DNA of 63,769 bases, the filler included, from Alphaproteobacteria bacterium (GTDB lineage: Bacteria; Pseudomonadota; Alphaproteobacteria; Caedimonadales; UBA9215), in NCBI GenBank assembly GCA_024280495.1. It is 6 parts of 6 records of this genome, joined end to end, with 100 filler letters (N's around TTAATTAATTAA, not from the genome) between each part and the next. Parts side by side here need not be neighbours in the genome. Positions count along the whole stretch, not along the records: positions 1 to 23,663 come from JAJRPZ010000046.1; 5 more parts are not named here. One strand, given 5' to 3'. This document shows positions 1-10,344 of this stretch, piece after piece (positions within the stretch are counted from its first letter, which is position 1; every line of letters begins with the position of its first letter). Both the position numbers and the translations under genes were made by a program. The notes under the pieces are model-generated. The model worked only from the letters and a program-made list of their open reading frames with translations, was not told the DNA's origin and ran no database searches.

Positions 1-138
1 CTCAAGAGGATGTGAAAAAGATCGAAATGTTACTCAACACAAGACCAAGACGCATCCTTAATTTTAAAACGCCAACTGAAGTGTTTTACGAAGACCAGAC
101 CAAAAACTCAAATGACGCACTTCACATGTGAAGGGGCC
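1..138 (+). mobile_element. IS30-family insertion sequence, right end (truncated by window start); right inverted repeat at 110-138
   Basis: Transposase C-terminus ends inside a 29-nt terminal repeat (aaatgacgcacttcacatgtgaaggggcc) whose reverse complement imperfectly matches the left ends at 63660 and 41468 (cgccgtttcagaaatgaagtgcgtcattt). Confidence 0.88.
3..131 (+). CDS. IS30-family transposase, C-terminal fragment
   Basis: Manual translation QEDVKKIEMLLNTRPRRILNFKTPTEVFYEDQTKNSNDALHM*; LNxRPRxxLxxKTPxE is the IS30 C-terminal signature. Confidence 0.88.
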   Translation, partial: QEDVKKIEMLLNTRPRRILNFKTPTEVFYEDQTKNSNDALHM

Positions 139-564
139 ATAGAAGGAGATACGGTCCTTTTTTAGAAAAAACAAAATTCCTTTGTCCGCACTTTTAAACG
201 AGGTTCCATTGATTAAATCCTGAGGCATTTGCATTAAAGTCCTTTTAAATCAACGGTTTGAGTGGTTGTTTTAATAATATCTAAAGGCTGACTGGCTCAT
301 ATTTATGCGGACTTTCAGTTTATATGGAGGTACTCTAGTCCTTATAGGGATAGAATATAGCTGCAACTAGAAACGCAGAAGAGCCCAAAATATTTAAGAA
401 AAAACACTTTGAAATTTACTGTTTATTTATATTTTAGGCGATAGTATCATTAACATTTGAGATATAATTGCTGTAATTATCTATTTCGATAAATATCGTA
501 TTACCTGGATTTAAGATTAATAAATCTAAGTTTATAAGCGCAAAAGACTTAAGGAAAACAAAAA

Positions 565-3500
565 ATGCCACAGCCTGAACTTTTGAAAATTGTAAAAAAA
601 ACACCTCAAGAAAACATAGATGCCATGAAAAGTGAAACCCTTAAAATTCTTAAGGCTGACCTAAAGGCAAATTTTAAGGCTCACCAATCAAGTCATATTG
701 ATAAATTTATTGATGTTTTTTACGCAAATTCTCCCCAGGATACTTTTGCTAGAGCGCGACATGAAGATGTACTCGAAGGAATATCAAAAGTTTGGGAGTT
801 TTTCCAAACAAAAGAAAATGGCAAGCCTAAAATAGATGCCTTTCACTGGAAACCTAAAGAAGGCAATGCCGCAGCAGAGCGCATTGTTATTAATATTGTG
901 GATGCAAATCTTTCTTTTTCCCTTGATTCCCTTTATGGCCTCCTTAGTCGACTTGACACCAAGGCACGTCTTACGTTTCATCCAATATTCAACGTCAAAC
1001 GCGATAAGGATGGCACTTTAACTCATCTTGCTGGCCCTAAAGAATTTCTTGAAGGTGGTCAACTTGAATCCATAGTTCACTGTGAAGTTGTAAATAAAGC
1101 ATCTTCCTCTCTCCTCAAAGACATAAAAGATCAACTCCCCAGTGTTCTTGAAAGTGTGCGTCTTGCCAATCAAGATTGGAAACCAATGCGTGCAAAGGCC
1201 CTTGAAACCATTGAGGAATTACGCATTCTTGAAAATGCACCTAATAAACCTGAAGCCCTTGATGAAACGCTCAAGTTCTTAGAATGGATGGAATCAGAAC
1301 ATTTTACCTTTCTTGGGTATTGCAATTACGATCTTGTACCTGATGACGTTGATAAACTCGCACGTCGTGTTGAGAATGAAGACGCCCTTGGCATCCTAAC
1401 GGATCCTGATTTATCTCATCTTCAAACCCTCTTTGAAGGCATTGCCCTGAATGAGGAATCTAAAAAATATATACTAAATTCTTTTCCCGTCATTATTAAT
1501 AAAACAAGTGTTATATCAAAAGTGCACCGCAGCGTACGCATGGATTCCATTGGCGTGAGACGCTATGATGAAAATGGTAAAGTGATTGGTATTCGCCTTT
1601 TTGTTGGTCTATTCACCTCCGTTGCCTATGATAGCAGCGCCCGTGACATTCCTCTTTTACGCACAAAAATTGAAAAAATTATTACTAAGGCAGGCTTTAC
1701 CTTTGATTGGCATGATGGGAAAGCCCTTATTCACATCCTAGATTCCCTCCCCCGTGACGAGCTCTTTCAAGCCTCCATTCAAGAACTCACGGATATTGCC
1801 CTTCGAATTCTTCGCCTTAAAGATTCCAAACGCCTTGCTTTTTTTGTGCGACGGGATCAATTTAATCGATTTTTATCTTGCCTTGTTTATATTCCCCGTG
1901 ATCGTTTTGACTCTGAACTTTGCGACCGCATTGCTGATATTCTCCGTGAAAAATTCGACGGAACCATTGGAACTTACAAAGCACAGTACGGTGAACTTGC
2001 TTTTGCACGGGTACACTACACCATTCATTCTTCAATGGGACTTAAAGATTCTTATGATTTAGAACACATAGAACAGCTTCTCCTCGAAGAATCAAAATCA
2101 TGGGCAGATGATTTAAAAATTACCCTTATGGATCGCTTTCAAGAAGTTCAAAGCGCAGAATTATATCGCCGTTATCGCCGTGCCTTTGATAAAGGATATC
2201 AAGAACGCTATAAGGGTGCAGACACCCTTGATGATATCAAGGCCATTGAAAATCTTTCTGCTGTCAATGACTTTTCCGTTCGCATTTATGGCTTTGAAGA
2301 AAAAAACTCGAAAGCTCTTAAATTAAAAATCTACAATAAAGGGACGCCTCTTCCCCTTTCTGACGTCATCCCCATCATGGAAAATCTTGACCTCAAAGTG
2401 ATAAGTGAAGTTCCCTATGAAATTTCACCACAGGGCTGTGATCAAAGTGTCTGGATCCATGATTTCAATCTCGAATCCAGGGGTGGTTGTATTATTGATC
2501 TTGAAGCGACCTGTAAAGAATTTGAAGAAACCCTCGTACAAGTGCGCCTCGCCCATGTGGAAAATGATGGTTTTAACCGTCTTGTTTTGCGTGCTGGACT
2601 TAATTGGCGACAATGCTCTATTTTCAGAGCCTACGCGAAATACCTCCGCCTTATTGGCCTTCCTTTTTCAAAGGCCTACGTTGCTAACACATTGGTGAGA
2701 AATCCAAGCATCGTCGTGGAGTTCAAGAATTACTTCGAAGCCCGCTTTGATCCAAAAAATCAAGATAAAGAAAAAGCTCAAAAACACCATGATGCAATCT
2801 TTAATAAGCTGGAAGGCGTTTCGAACGCCGATGATGACCGCGTCCTACGTCTTTATTTGACTGTCCTAAATGCAACGGTTCGCACAAATTATTATCAAAA
2901 GAATACAGAGGGGGACCTTAAAGATTATTTGTCCTTTAAAATATCTTCACGGGACATTGAACAAATTCCAAAACCACGACCTCTTTTTGAAATTTTTGTC
3001 TACGCGTCTTATGTGGAAGGGGTGCATTTACGCTGTGGTAAAATTGCACGGGGTGGCCTTCGTTGGTCTGATCGTCACGAAGATTTTAGAACGGAAGTTT
3101 TGAATCTCGTTAAAGCACAAATGGTCAAAAATACCGTCATTGTTCCCGTGGGATCAAAGGGAGGGTTTATTGTTAAAACATCAACGGAAGGTTATAATCG
3201 TGAAGAATTTTTGGCGGAAGGCGTTCGCTGTTACCAAACTTTCATTTGCGGTCTATTGGATCTGACGGATAACCTGGTTAATGGTAAAGTAGTCCACCCT
3301 GAAAATGTTGTTCGTTATGACGCTGATGACACTTATCTTGTTGTGGCTGCCGATAAAGGAACGGCAACATTCTCGGACTATGCCAATGAGATTTCAAACA
3401 AGTATAATTTTTGGCTCGGTGATGCTTTTGCTTCAGGTGGTTCCGTTGGATATGACCATAAAAAAATGGGAATTACAGCCAAAGGAGCTTGGGAATCCGT

Positions 3501-5463
3501 CAAACGCCATTTCCGAGAAATGGGCAAAGATATTCAAAATGAAGATTTCACCGCCATTGGTATTGGTGACATGTCAGGGGATGTTTTTGGTAATGGCATG
3601 TTGTTATCCAAACACATTAAATTGATTGCAGCTTTTAACCATATGCATATTTTTATAGATCCTAATCCCAATGCTGCCAAGTCATTCACAGAACGAAAAC
3701 GTCTTTTTGAAATGCCCCGTTCCAGTTGGACGGATTATGATAAAAAAGTCCTTTCAAAGGGGGCGGAAATTTACAGCCGTTCTGATAAAAAAATAACCCT
3801 AACCCCAGAAATAAAAGACATGCTGGGTGTGAGCCACAGCATTATGCGTCCCGATGACTTAATTGTTTTAATTCTCAAACATAATGCTGAACTCTTGTGG
3901 TTTGGTGGTATTGGGACCTATATTAAATCAAGCACTGAGGGGATAAACGATATTGGTGACCGTGCCAATGATAATACCCGCATTGATGCAAAAGACCTCC
4001 GAGTAAAAGTTATTGGGGAGGGGGCTAACCTTGGATGCACCCAGCTTGGGCGGATCGAATTCGAACGTTTGGTCCATGGGCGCATTAATACAGATGCCAT
4101 TGATAATTCTGCTGGCGTATCTTGTTCCGACAGAGAAGTTAATATCAAAATTCTCTTTAATGACATCATGAGATCAAAAAGTATGCACCTAGAGGAACGC
4201 AATAAAATACTTGTGAAAATGACAGAAGAAGTGAGTGAGCTTGTTTTGCGGGATAATTATCTTCAACCCCAAACCATCACAGATATTGCGTCCCTGGGGA
4301 ATAAAAACTTTGATCAACAAATTCAACTCATCCGCCGCCTAGAACAAGATGGCATTTTAGATCGATCCGTTGAATATCTGCCCGATGATATGGGGCTTGA
4401 AGAGTTACAAAATTCACAAACCTATTTTTCCAGGCCTGAATTTGCCGTTGTTTTAGGATATGCAAAAATTAATTTTTATGATCAACTTCTTGCAACGGAT
4501 GTTCCTGATGACGCCTTTTTCCATAGCCGCCTCATTTCTTATTTTCCAACGCTCCTTCATAAAAATTATTTAGAGCAAATTATGCGACATCCCTTACGAC
4601 GCGAAATCATCACAACCTTTGCCGTAAATTCTCTTGTGAATCGCATGGGGCCAAGCTTTATCAACCTTGCCATTAACAGCACATCATCGGACATCGCAAA
4701 CATTTTTAAAGCCTATTTTATAGCCTGTGAAGTTTTCAAAATACGTCAGCTTTGGGATGATATTGAAGATCTCGATTGCAAATTAACAGAAGAGCAAATT
4801 ATATCTTACAGACTTATGGTCTATAAAATAGTAAAGCGTACGGTTTTGTGGCTTTTGCGCTATTATCCTCTATCCGACAGCATAGATAAAACCACACAAG
4901 TTCTAAGTGTTGGCATAGACTCATTTTTGTCTCACATGCAGGACACGTTACATTCGACTCTTAAATCTAAAATTGAAGGTGAAATTAATAATGCCACGAC
5001 TCAAGGTATGCCCAAAAGTTTAGCTCACCGCCTGTCTATTCTCAAAATTGCCTCTACGTCCCCAGATATTATTTTGATTGCCAATGAAACAAAAAAAACA
5101 GTCCCAGAAGTTGCTGAATTATATTTTCAAACGGACCATAACTTCTTTTTCAGCATCCTACGTGAGACTCTAGATTCTCCCACTTTCAATACGACGCCAT
5201 GGGAACGTAAACTTGTTAACGCCATGGTCGAAGACCTCTATAGCTGTCAAAGTGATTTAGTAGTTCATATGTTAGAGGAAGCAGAGACTGAAAAAATTAA
5301 GACAAATGATCACTTTGAAAGCCTTTTGTCCCATTGGAAAAAATCTAAAGCACGGATATTAAATACCATCACAAATACCATCAAAGAAAGTCAACTTGAA
5401 ACAAAGCCTGATCTCACGGTTTTGGGAGTGGTATTACGTGATGTGAAACGGTTTTGTGAATAG
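565..5463 (+). CDS. gdhB: Large NAD-specific glutamate dehydrogenase (GdhB/GdhZ type)
   Basis: 1632 aa; motifs RGGLRWSDR, KAQMVKN, DDTYLVVAADKGTATFSD, GDAFASGGS, GIGDMSGDVFGNGML, GEGANLG, NTDAIDNSAGV. Confidence 0.95.
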   Translation: MPQPELLKIVKKTPQENIDAMKSETLKILKADLKANFKAHQSSHIDKFIDVFYANSPQDTFARARHEDVLEGISKVWEFFQTKENGKPKIDAFHWKPKEGNAAAERIVINIVDANLSFSLDSLYGLLSRLDTKARLTFHPIFNVKRDKDGTLTHLAGPKEFLEGGQLESIVHCEVVNKASSSLLKDIKDQLPSVLESVRLANQDWKPMRAKALETIEELRILENAPNKPEALDETLKFLEWMESEHFTFLGYCNYDLVPDDVDKLARRVENEDALGILTDPDLSHLQTLFEGIALNEESKKYILNSFPVIINKTSVISKVHRSVRMDSIGVRRYDENGKVIGIRLFVGLFTSVAYDSSARDIPLLRTKIEKIITKAGFTFDWHDGKALIHILDSLPRDELFQASIQELTDIALRILRLKDSKRLAFFVRRDQFNRFLSCLVYIPRDRFDSELCDRIADILREKFDGTIGTYKAQYGELAFARVHYTIHSSMGLKDSYDLEHIEQLLLEESKSWADDLKITLMDRFQEVQSAELYRRYRRAFDKGYQERYKGADTLDDIKAIENLSAVNDFSVRIYGFEEKNSKALKLKIYNKGTPLPLSDVIPIMENLDLKVISEVPYEISPQGCDQSVWIHDFNLESRGGCIIDLEATCKEFEETLVQVRLAHVENDGFNRLVLRAGLNWRQCSIFRAYAKYLRLIGLPFSKAYVANTLVRNPSIVVEFKNYFEARFDPKNQDKEKAQKHHDAIFNKLEGVSNADDDRVLRLYLTVLNATVRTNYYQKNTEGDLKDYLSFKISSRDIEQIPKPRPLFEIFVYASYVEGVHLRCGKIARGGLRWSDRHEDFRTEVLNLVKAQMVKNTVIVPVGSKGGFIVKTSTEGYNREEFLAEGVRCYQTFICGLLDLTDNLVNGKVVHPENVVRYDADDTYLVVAADKGTATFSDYANEISNKYNFWLGDAFASGGSVGYDHKKMGITAKGAWESVKRHFREMGKDIQNEDFTAIGIGDMSGDVFGNGMLLSKHIKLIAAFNHMHIFIDPNPNAAKSFTERKRLFEMPRSSWTDYDKKVLSKGAEIYSRSDKKITLTPEIKDMLGVSHSIMRPDDLIVLILKHNAELLWFGGIGTYIKSSTEGINDIGDRANDNTRIDAKDLRVKVIGEGANLGCTQLGRIEFERLVHGRINTDAIDNSAGVSCSDREVNIKILFNDIMRSKSMHLEERNKILVKMTEEVSELVLRDNYLQPQTITDIASLGNKNFDQQIQLIRRLEQDGILDRSVEYLPDDMGLEELQNSQTYFSRPEFAVVLGYAKINFYDQLLATDVPDDAFFHSRLISYFPTLLHKNYLEQIMRHPLRREIITTFAVNSLVNRMGPSFINLAINSTSSDIANIFKAYFIACEVFKIRQLWDDIEDLDCKLTEEQIISYRLMVYKIVKRTVLWLLRYYPLSDSIDKTTQVLSVGIDSFLSHMQDTLHSTLKSKIEGEINNATTQGMPKSLAHRLSILKIASTSPDIILIANETKKTVPEVAELYFQTDHNFFFSILRETLDSPTFNTTPWERKLVNAMVEDLYSCQSDLVVHMLEEAETEKIKTNDHFESLLSHWKKSKARILNTITNTIKESQLETKPDLTVLGVVLRDVKRFCE

Positions 5464-5466
5464 GAT

Positions 5467-5874
5467 ATGGAAATGAATCGACCAAGGATCCCTGTGTTTT
5501 TGGCACAGAAACTCCATTATTCAAAAAGAAATAAAAGACAGAAAAACGAACGTATAGGCCGCTTTGCCGAACGGCTAGTCTTTCTAAAATTTTTTTTTCA
5601 GGGATATGGTCTTTTAGAATCACGTTACCAGAACCCCTTTGGAGAAATTGACTTGATCTTCAAGCGTGGAAAATCCATTGCATTTTGTGAGGTAAAATTC
5701 CGTCAGATAAAAAAAGTAGGTCTCGAGGCTCTCTCCCCTAAACAACAAAAACGCATCCATAAGGGCGCGCAATTTTATCTTGCTAGAAATCCGAATTATG
5801 CTCCGTACAACATGCGTTTTGACTATGTCGTCATTTATAAATGGGGCTTAACACACCTCAAAAATGCATGGTGA
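5467..5874 (+). CDS. YraN/UPF0102 family nuclease-like protein
   Basis: GRFAE, GEIDLI, FCEVK, RFD and HLKNAW motifs. Confidence 0.9.
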   Translation: MEMNRPRIPVFLAQKLHYSKRNKRQKNERIGRFAERLVFLKFFFQGYGLLESRYQNPFGEIDLIFKRGKSIAFCEVKFRQIKKVGLEALSPKQQKRIHKGAQFYLARNPNYAPYNMRFDYVVIYKWGLTHLKNAW

Positions 5875-5978
5875 CTCGAACATAAATAGCCATTTTGCGT
5901 TGATTTTTAACACTTTCCTTGACGAGCTAGCTAATACAAGTTTAAATAAAAAGATAAATAATTGGATTAGGAAATATA

Positions 5979-6236
5979 ATGAAACTTATTTTTAAATTAT
6001 CACCACTTGCAGTCATTTTTGCCCTTACTGCCTGTGCTGATAAACCCACATATTGGAATCGCGATTGTGACAAATATTTTTCCACGACAGACCGTGAAAA
6101 ATCACAATGCATTCAAAAAATAAAAGACAATAAATTGACTTCCATTGAGGCAGGCGCTATTTCCCTTGACCCAGAAAACACCACGCGTCAATCATTTGAT
6201 AGTATCGGTAAAAATGGAGCCACCGACGACAATTAA
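5979..6236 (+). CDS. Small lipoprotein, function unknown
   Basis: Signal peptide with lipobox LTAC; AGGA ribosome site upstream. Confidence 0.7.
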   Translation: MKLIFKLSPLAVIFALTACADKPTYWNRDCDKYFSTTDREKSQCIQKIKDNKLTSIEAGAISLDPENTTRQSFDSIGKNGATDDN

Positions 6237-6341
6237 AATTTCAAAGAGGCTCTATAAATAATGACTTATGAAAAAAAGCATTTTATTCAGCCTCAATGAG
6301 GTTTGTTCTAATAACACCCTTTATATTATGGAATTTTAGAA

Positions 6342-7229
6342 ATGACCACTGAACACTTATCTCAACCTATGGATTTTTCTATATCGCCAAAAAAAGATGC
6401 AAAAACAATCTCAGAATCTAATGAATTTAAAAAGTCTCTTTACAAGAACTGTGCTGAATTTTTATCTAAAACATATCAATCACGTATCCAACCAACGGAC
6501 ATTGCTTTAAAGGCTCGTCAAATTTCAAAAATTGCGAAAAATCTTTCATATGATTCCGATGAAGCCTTTTTCAAAAGCATTCAAAAAGGCACTTTAAAAC
6601 CTCTTGCTGCTTTTGAAAATCTTCTAATGCGTCCTCACCTTTCTTTTTTTGAAGGGGCAGGCATGTTTCGCGCCTTATCGGAAGTTTTATTTCCAGAGCT
6701 CTTGAATAAAAGCAGAGATGATAGAGCTCTTAATTTTTGGGTGCCAGGGTGTGAAGGAGGAAAAGAAGCCTATAGCCTGGCTCTTTTTCTAAATAGTTAT
6801 CAAGAAACATTTTCTAATTGGCATTTTCATATCTCTGCCACCGATACTTATTCAATAGCTCTAGCCAATGCTGAAAAAGGAGAGTTTACCTCTGAAGAAA
6901 TAGAGGATGTTGTTTTCCAACTTTATTGTGCAGGTCTTAAAAAAACAAATGACGAATTTTTTATGAAATCCACTGTTAGAAATATTATTTCTTTTTCCCA
7001 AGGGAATTTTTATGATTTTCAACCAACGGAAGCCCCTTTTGATTGCATCGTTTTTCGAAATCACTTGAAATTTTGGCAACCAAACTTTCAGGAAAAAATC
7101 ATTAAAAACATTGAACGTTCCTTAAAGACTGGGGGATATTTAATATTGGGCAGCCAAGAACCCCTCATCGGTATATCTGATTCTTTTAAACCAGCTTTAA
7201 ATACATCAGGTTTTTATTCTCTCCTTTAA
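6342..7229 (+). CDS. CheR-like SAM-dependent methyltransferase (divergent)
   Basis: WVPGCEGGKEAYSLA, ISATD, FDCIVFRN, LKTGGYLILGSQE correspond to CheR motifs with substitutions. Confidence 0.8.
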   Translation: MTTEHLSQPMDFSISPKKDAKTISESNEFKKSLYKNCAEFLSKTYQSRIQPTDIALKARQISKIAKNLSYDSDEAFFKSIQKGTLKPLAAFENLLMRPHLSFFEGAGMFRALSEVLFPELLNKSRDDRALNFWVPGCEGGKEAYSLALFLNSYQETFSNWHFHISATDTYSIALANAEKGEFTSEEIEDVVFQLYCAGLKKTNDEFFMKSTVRNIISFSQGNFYDFQPTEAPFDCIVFRNHLKFWQPNFQEKIIKNIERSLKTGGYLILGSQEPLIGISDSFKPALNTSGFYSLL

Positions 7230-7269
7230 AAAACAATAAAAAATAAAGATTTCTTTGAAATTACTATGG

Positions 7270-9159
7270 TCACCCTTTATGGTCCATCAATTCTATAATT
7301 TTAACAACAATTCTGGGGTTGGAAAGAGTTGAAATATCACCGATATTATCGTGATCACCAGTGGCGATTTTGCGTAAAATTCGACGCATGATTTTTCCAG
7401 ATCTTGTTTTGGGGAGACTAGGCACAACAATAAAGGTGTCTGGCTTAGCAAAAGAACCAATATCACGGGTGATGATTTGCATAACCTCTCCCTTAATGCT
7501 GTTTGATTTAAGAGAACCCGCTTTGAGAATCACAAAGGCACAAAGACTTTCTCCCTTTATGAGATGGGGTACTCCAACAACTGCACTCTCAGCGATATCA
7601 AAATGATTGTTGATAGCTGCTTCAACTTCGGCAGTACCAATACGATGTCCTGATACATTGATAATATCATCCACCCGTCCAGTGATCCAATAATAACCTT
7701 CTTCGTCGCGTTTAGCACCATCTTCAGAGGAGTAGCTTCCTGGAAATCTTGAAAAATAAGTTTTAAAAAAGCGATCTTGATCTTTATAGATGCCACGCAT
7801 TTGCCCAGGCCAAGAATCTTTGATGATAAGATTTCCAGAACCTTTTCCTATAATAATTGTGCCTTTATTGTCAACAAGTTCTGGCTTTACGCCGTAAAAA
7901 GGCTTGTCAACGGAGCCTGGTTTGAGGTTCATGCCATGGGGTTGGGGGCTAAGCATCATGCCACCTGTTTCCGTCTGCCACCAGGTATCCACAATGGGGC
8001 ATTTTCCGTTTCCAATAACGTCATGATACCACTGCCAGGCTTCTGGATTAAGGGGTTCGCCAACGGACCCTAAAATACGCAAAGACGTGCGCGTCGTGGT
8101 TTGAGTATACTCATCTCCCTGGCTGATGAGGGATCTAATGGCCGTTGGGGCTGTGTAAAACAAAGAAACTTTGTGTGTATCAATAATTTTCCAAATGCGT
8201 GACGCATCAGGATATGTTGGAATACCTTCGTACATGACCGAAGTTGTGCCATTGGCAAGGGGGCCATAAACGCCATAGGAATGTCCCGTGATCCACCCCA
8301 CATCGGCCGTGCACCAATAAGTATCATTTTCTTTAACATCAAAAATTGTTTTATGGGTAAAGGCTACGTAGGTTAGATAACCGCCCGTTGTATGTAAAAC
8401 TCCCTTTGGTTTTCCCGTTGACCCTGATGTATAAAGAATAAACAATGGATCTTCGGATTTCATGGGCTCAATGGGGCAAGTTGTTTCCATAAATTTTGCC
8501 AGATCATAATACCAAAAATCACGACCTTCTTTCATATGGCATTTAGATCCGATATGCTTGACAGTAATAACTGTTTTGACGGTATTTTTTTTGGATTCTT
8601 CCAAAGCTACATCGACAGTTTCCTTAAGGGAAATTGTTTTAGGGCCCCGAACGGAAGCATCTGCAGTGATGATCATATTTGAATCGCAGTCATCCACGCG
8701 GGAAGCAAGAGCTGAAGCTGAAAACCCGCCAAAAACTACGTTGTGAATAGCACCAATTCGAGAGCAAGCCAGCATGGCATAAGCTGCTTCTGGGATCATT
8801 GGCATATAAATAGTGACGACATCGCCTTTTTGAACCCCCTTGGATTTAAGGACATTAGAGAATTTACAGACTTCTTTTAAGAGGTCTTTGAAAGAAATTG
8901 AACGCGCATTACCAAGTTCATTGGCTTCAAAAATAAAGGCCGTTTTATTTGGTGTTTTATTTGCATGGCGGTCCACACAGTTATAACAAGCATTGAGTTC
9001 ACCATCTTCAAACCACTTTATCCGAAAATCTTCCTTGTGAAAGCTTGTGTTTTTTATGACAGTAAAGGGCTTAATCCAATCTAGGATTTGTGCTTTTTCT
9101 TTCCAAAAATGATTTGGATCAGTAATGGAGCGTTGATAGTCTTGATCATATGAGGTCAT
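7270..9159 (-). CDS. acs: Acetyl-CoA synthetase
   Basis: YTSGSTGKPKG, DTWWQTETG, GRVDD, PKTRSGKIMRR. Confidence 0.96.
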   Translation of the reverse strand: MTSYDQDYQRSITDPNHFWKEKAQILDWIKPFTVIKNTSFHKEDFRIKWFEDGELNACYNCVDRHANKTPNKTAFIFEANELGNARSISFKDLLKEVCKFSNVLKSKGVQKGDVVTIYMPMIPEAAYAMLACSRIGAIHNVVFGGFSASALASRVDDCDSNMIITADASVRGPKTISLKETVDVALEESKKNTVKTVITVKHIGSKCHMKEGRDFWYYDLAKFMETTCPIEPMKSEDPLFILYTSGSTGKPKGVLHTTGGYLTYVAFTHKTIFDVKENDTYWCTADVGWITGHSYGVYGPLANGTTSVMYEGIPTYPDASRIWKIIDTHKVSLFYTAPTAIRSLISQGDEYTQTTTRTSLRILGSVGEPLNPEAWQWYHDVIGNGKCPIVDTWWQTETGGMMLSPQPHGMNLKPGSVDKPFYGVKPELVDNKGTIIIGKGSGNLIIKDSWPGQMRGIYKDQDRFFKTYFSRFPGSYSSEDGAKRDEEGYYWITGRVDDIINVSGHRIGTAEVEAAINNHFDIAESAVVGVPHLIKGESLCAFVILKAGSLKSNSIKGEVMQIITRDIGSFAKPDTFIVVPSLPKTRSGKIMRRILRKIATGDHDNIGDISTLSNPRIVVKIIELMDHKG

Positions 9160-9189
9160 GTTATTCTTTTTTTCTTGGTTTCGTTTAAG

Positions 9190-10323
9190 TTAACGTGCAT
9201 TTTCAGATTGTTTTAACTCTTCCATCAGGCGGTATATTTCTGGAGAATTATGTCCCTTTTCCATAAGATTCCTCAAGGCATCATGGGCAGGACCCCATAA
9301 TTTTGCTTTAAGGGCATAGCGTGCTTGAACCAAAAGGGATATGGAATGACCTGGATTTATAGGGAAAAGTCCTTGAAGTGCTTTGTAGTGTTCAAGATCA
9401 GTGGTGCCCTTTGAAAGAGAAATGTACGTTAGGACATAGGCTTCATCAGGTGTTTTTTCCCATGTTTTTTCAATGAGCTTTAAGGTTGCTCGTGTTTTGC
9501 CTAAATCTTGAAGGGTTTGAATATGGAACTTTATAATATCTTGATTCAAGGGAGATAGGTCATGGGATTTTTCGAGAAGAGAAAGAGCTTTCTTCGAATT
9601 ATTATTTTTCTTGAGCACTTTTGCGTGTTCAAAAAGGGCGTTAGCTTTTTTATGCTGAAGGTTCTTATTTTCTGGATCTTTTCTCAAAAGAACAGTAAAT
9701 TCTGTGATGGCCCGTTCATAGAGACCTTCCTTTAGAGCGAGGTCTGCTGCTTGCAAACGCAGGGGAGTTGCTTTTTTGTGAAGGGCAATACAAAGATCAA
9801 CATATTTCAAAGCATCTTTAGTCTTGTTTTGAGAAAGTGCCACATGAAAAAGACCCGTATATCCAAGAAAAGGTAAATTTCCTTTCTTTAACATATGATT
9901 AAAGTGTTCTTCAGCTTTGAGGTAACGGTGATTAATGAGGGCAGCTTTCCCCTGAAAGAAAGATCCAATGTCGCTATTTTTTAGGAATAATGATGTGTAT
10001 TTTCCTGTTTTTGCAAGTTTATTGCCATCGGTTGCGTAAAGGGCAACGAGACTATCTTCCATGGCATGCACTCCGCGGGCTTGGTTGTATTTTGCATATC
10101 GTGACCTAAAAAATGTTGGCAGGTTAAAAACAGTGGCAACAAAACGTAATAGCACATATAAAATTGTCACGGTAACCAAAAGAAAAACAAAGAAAATAGC
10201 AATACTAACTTGAATATCATACCCAAGCCATTGTATGGCAATTTCCCCTGGATTTTTTTGATACCAAAGGGCTAAGAGACTGAAAATGCCAACTTGCAAT
10301 AGGATTAAAATAAGTGTACGCAT
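9190..10323 (-). CDS. hemY: HemY-like membrane/TPR protein (heme-biosynthesis associated)
   Basis: Two N-terminal TM helices with PGxxxIxWLGY motif followed by helical repeats; conserved position after hemC-hemD-mitofilin. Confidence 0.75.
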   Translation of the reverse strand: MRTLILILLQVGIFSLLALWYQKNPGEIAIQWLGYDIQVSIAIFFVFLLVTVTILYVLLRFVATVFNLPTFFRSRYAKYNQARGVHAMEDSLVALYATDGNKLAKTGKYTSLFLKNSDIGSFFQGKAALINHRYLKAEEHFNHMLKKGNLPFLGYTGLFHVALSQNKTKDALKYVDLCIALHKKATPLRLQAADLALKEGLYERAITEFTVLLRKDPENKNLQHKKANALFEHAKVLKKNNNSKKALSLLEKSHDLSPLNQDIIKFHIQTLQDLGKTRATLKLIEKTWEKTPDEAYVLTYISLSKGTTDLEHYKALQGLFPINPGHSISLLVQARYALKAKLWGPAHDALRNLMEKGHNSPEIYRLMEELKQSENAR

Positions 10324-10344
10324 GGTAATTTCCTTTATTGATTG

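Noticed and set aside
234..248. TTAA-N7-TTAA upstream of gdh
   Set aside because: More than 300 bp from the gdh start; several such matches are expected by chance in AT-rich DNA
300..338. gaggtactctag resembling an IS5-type end, plus gtccgca/tgcggac inverted pair
   Set aside because: No partner end or transposase found; matches too short
784..4202. Short alternative-frame and antisense ORFs within gdh, representative of many across the window such as 41855-42274 and 52643-53134
   Set aside because: Fully overlap well-supported genes and show no family motifs
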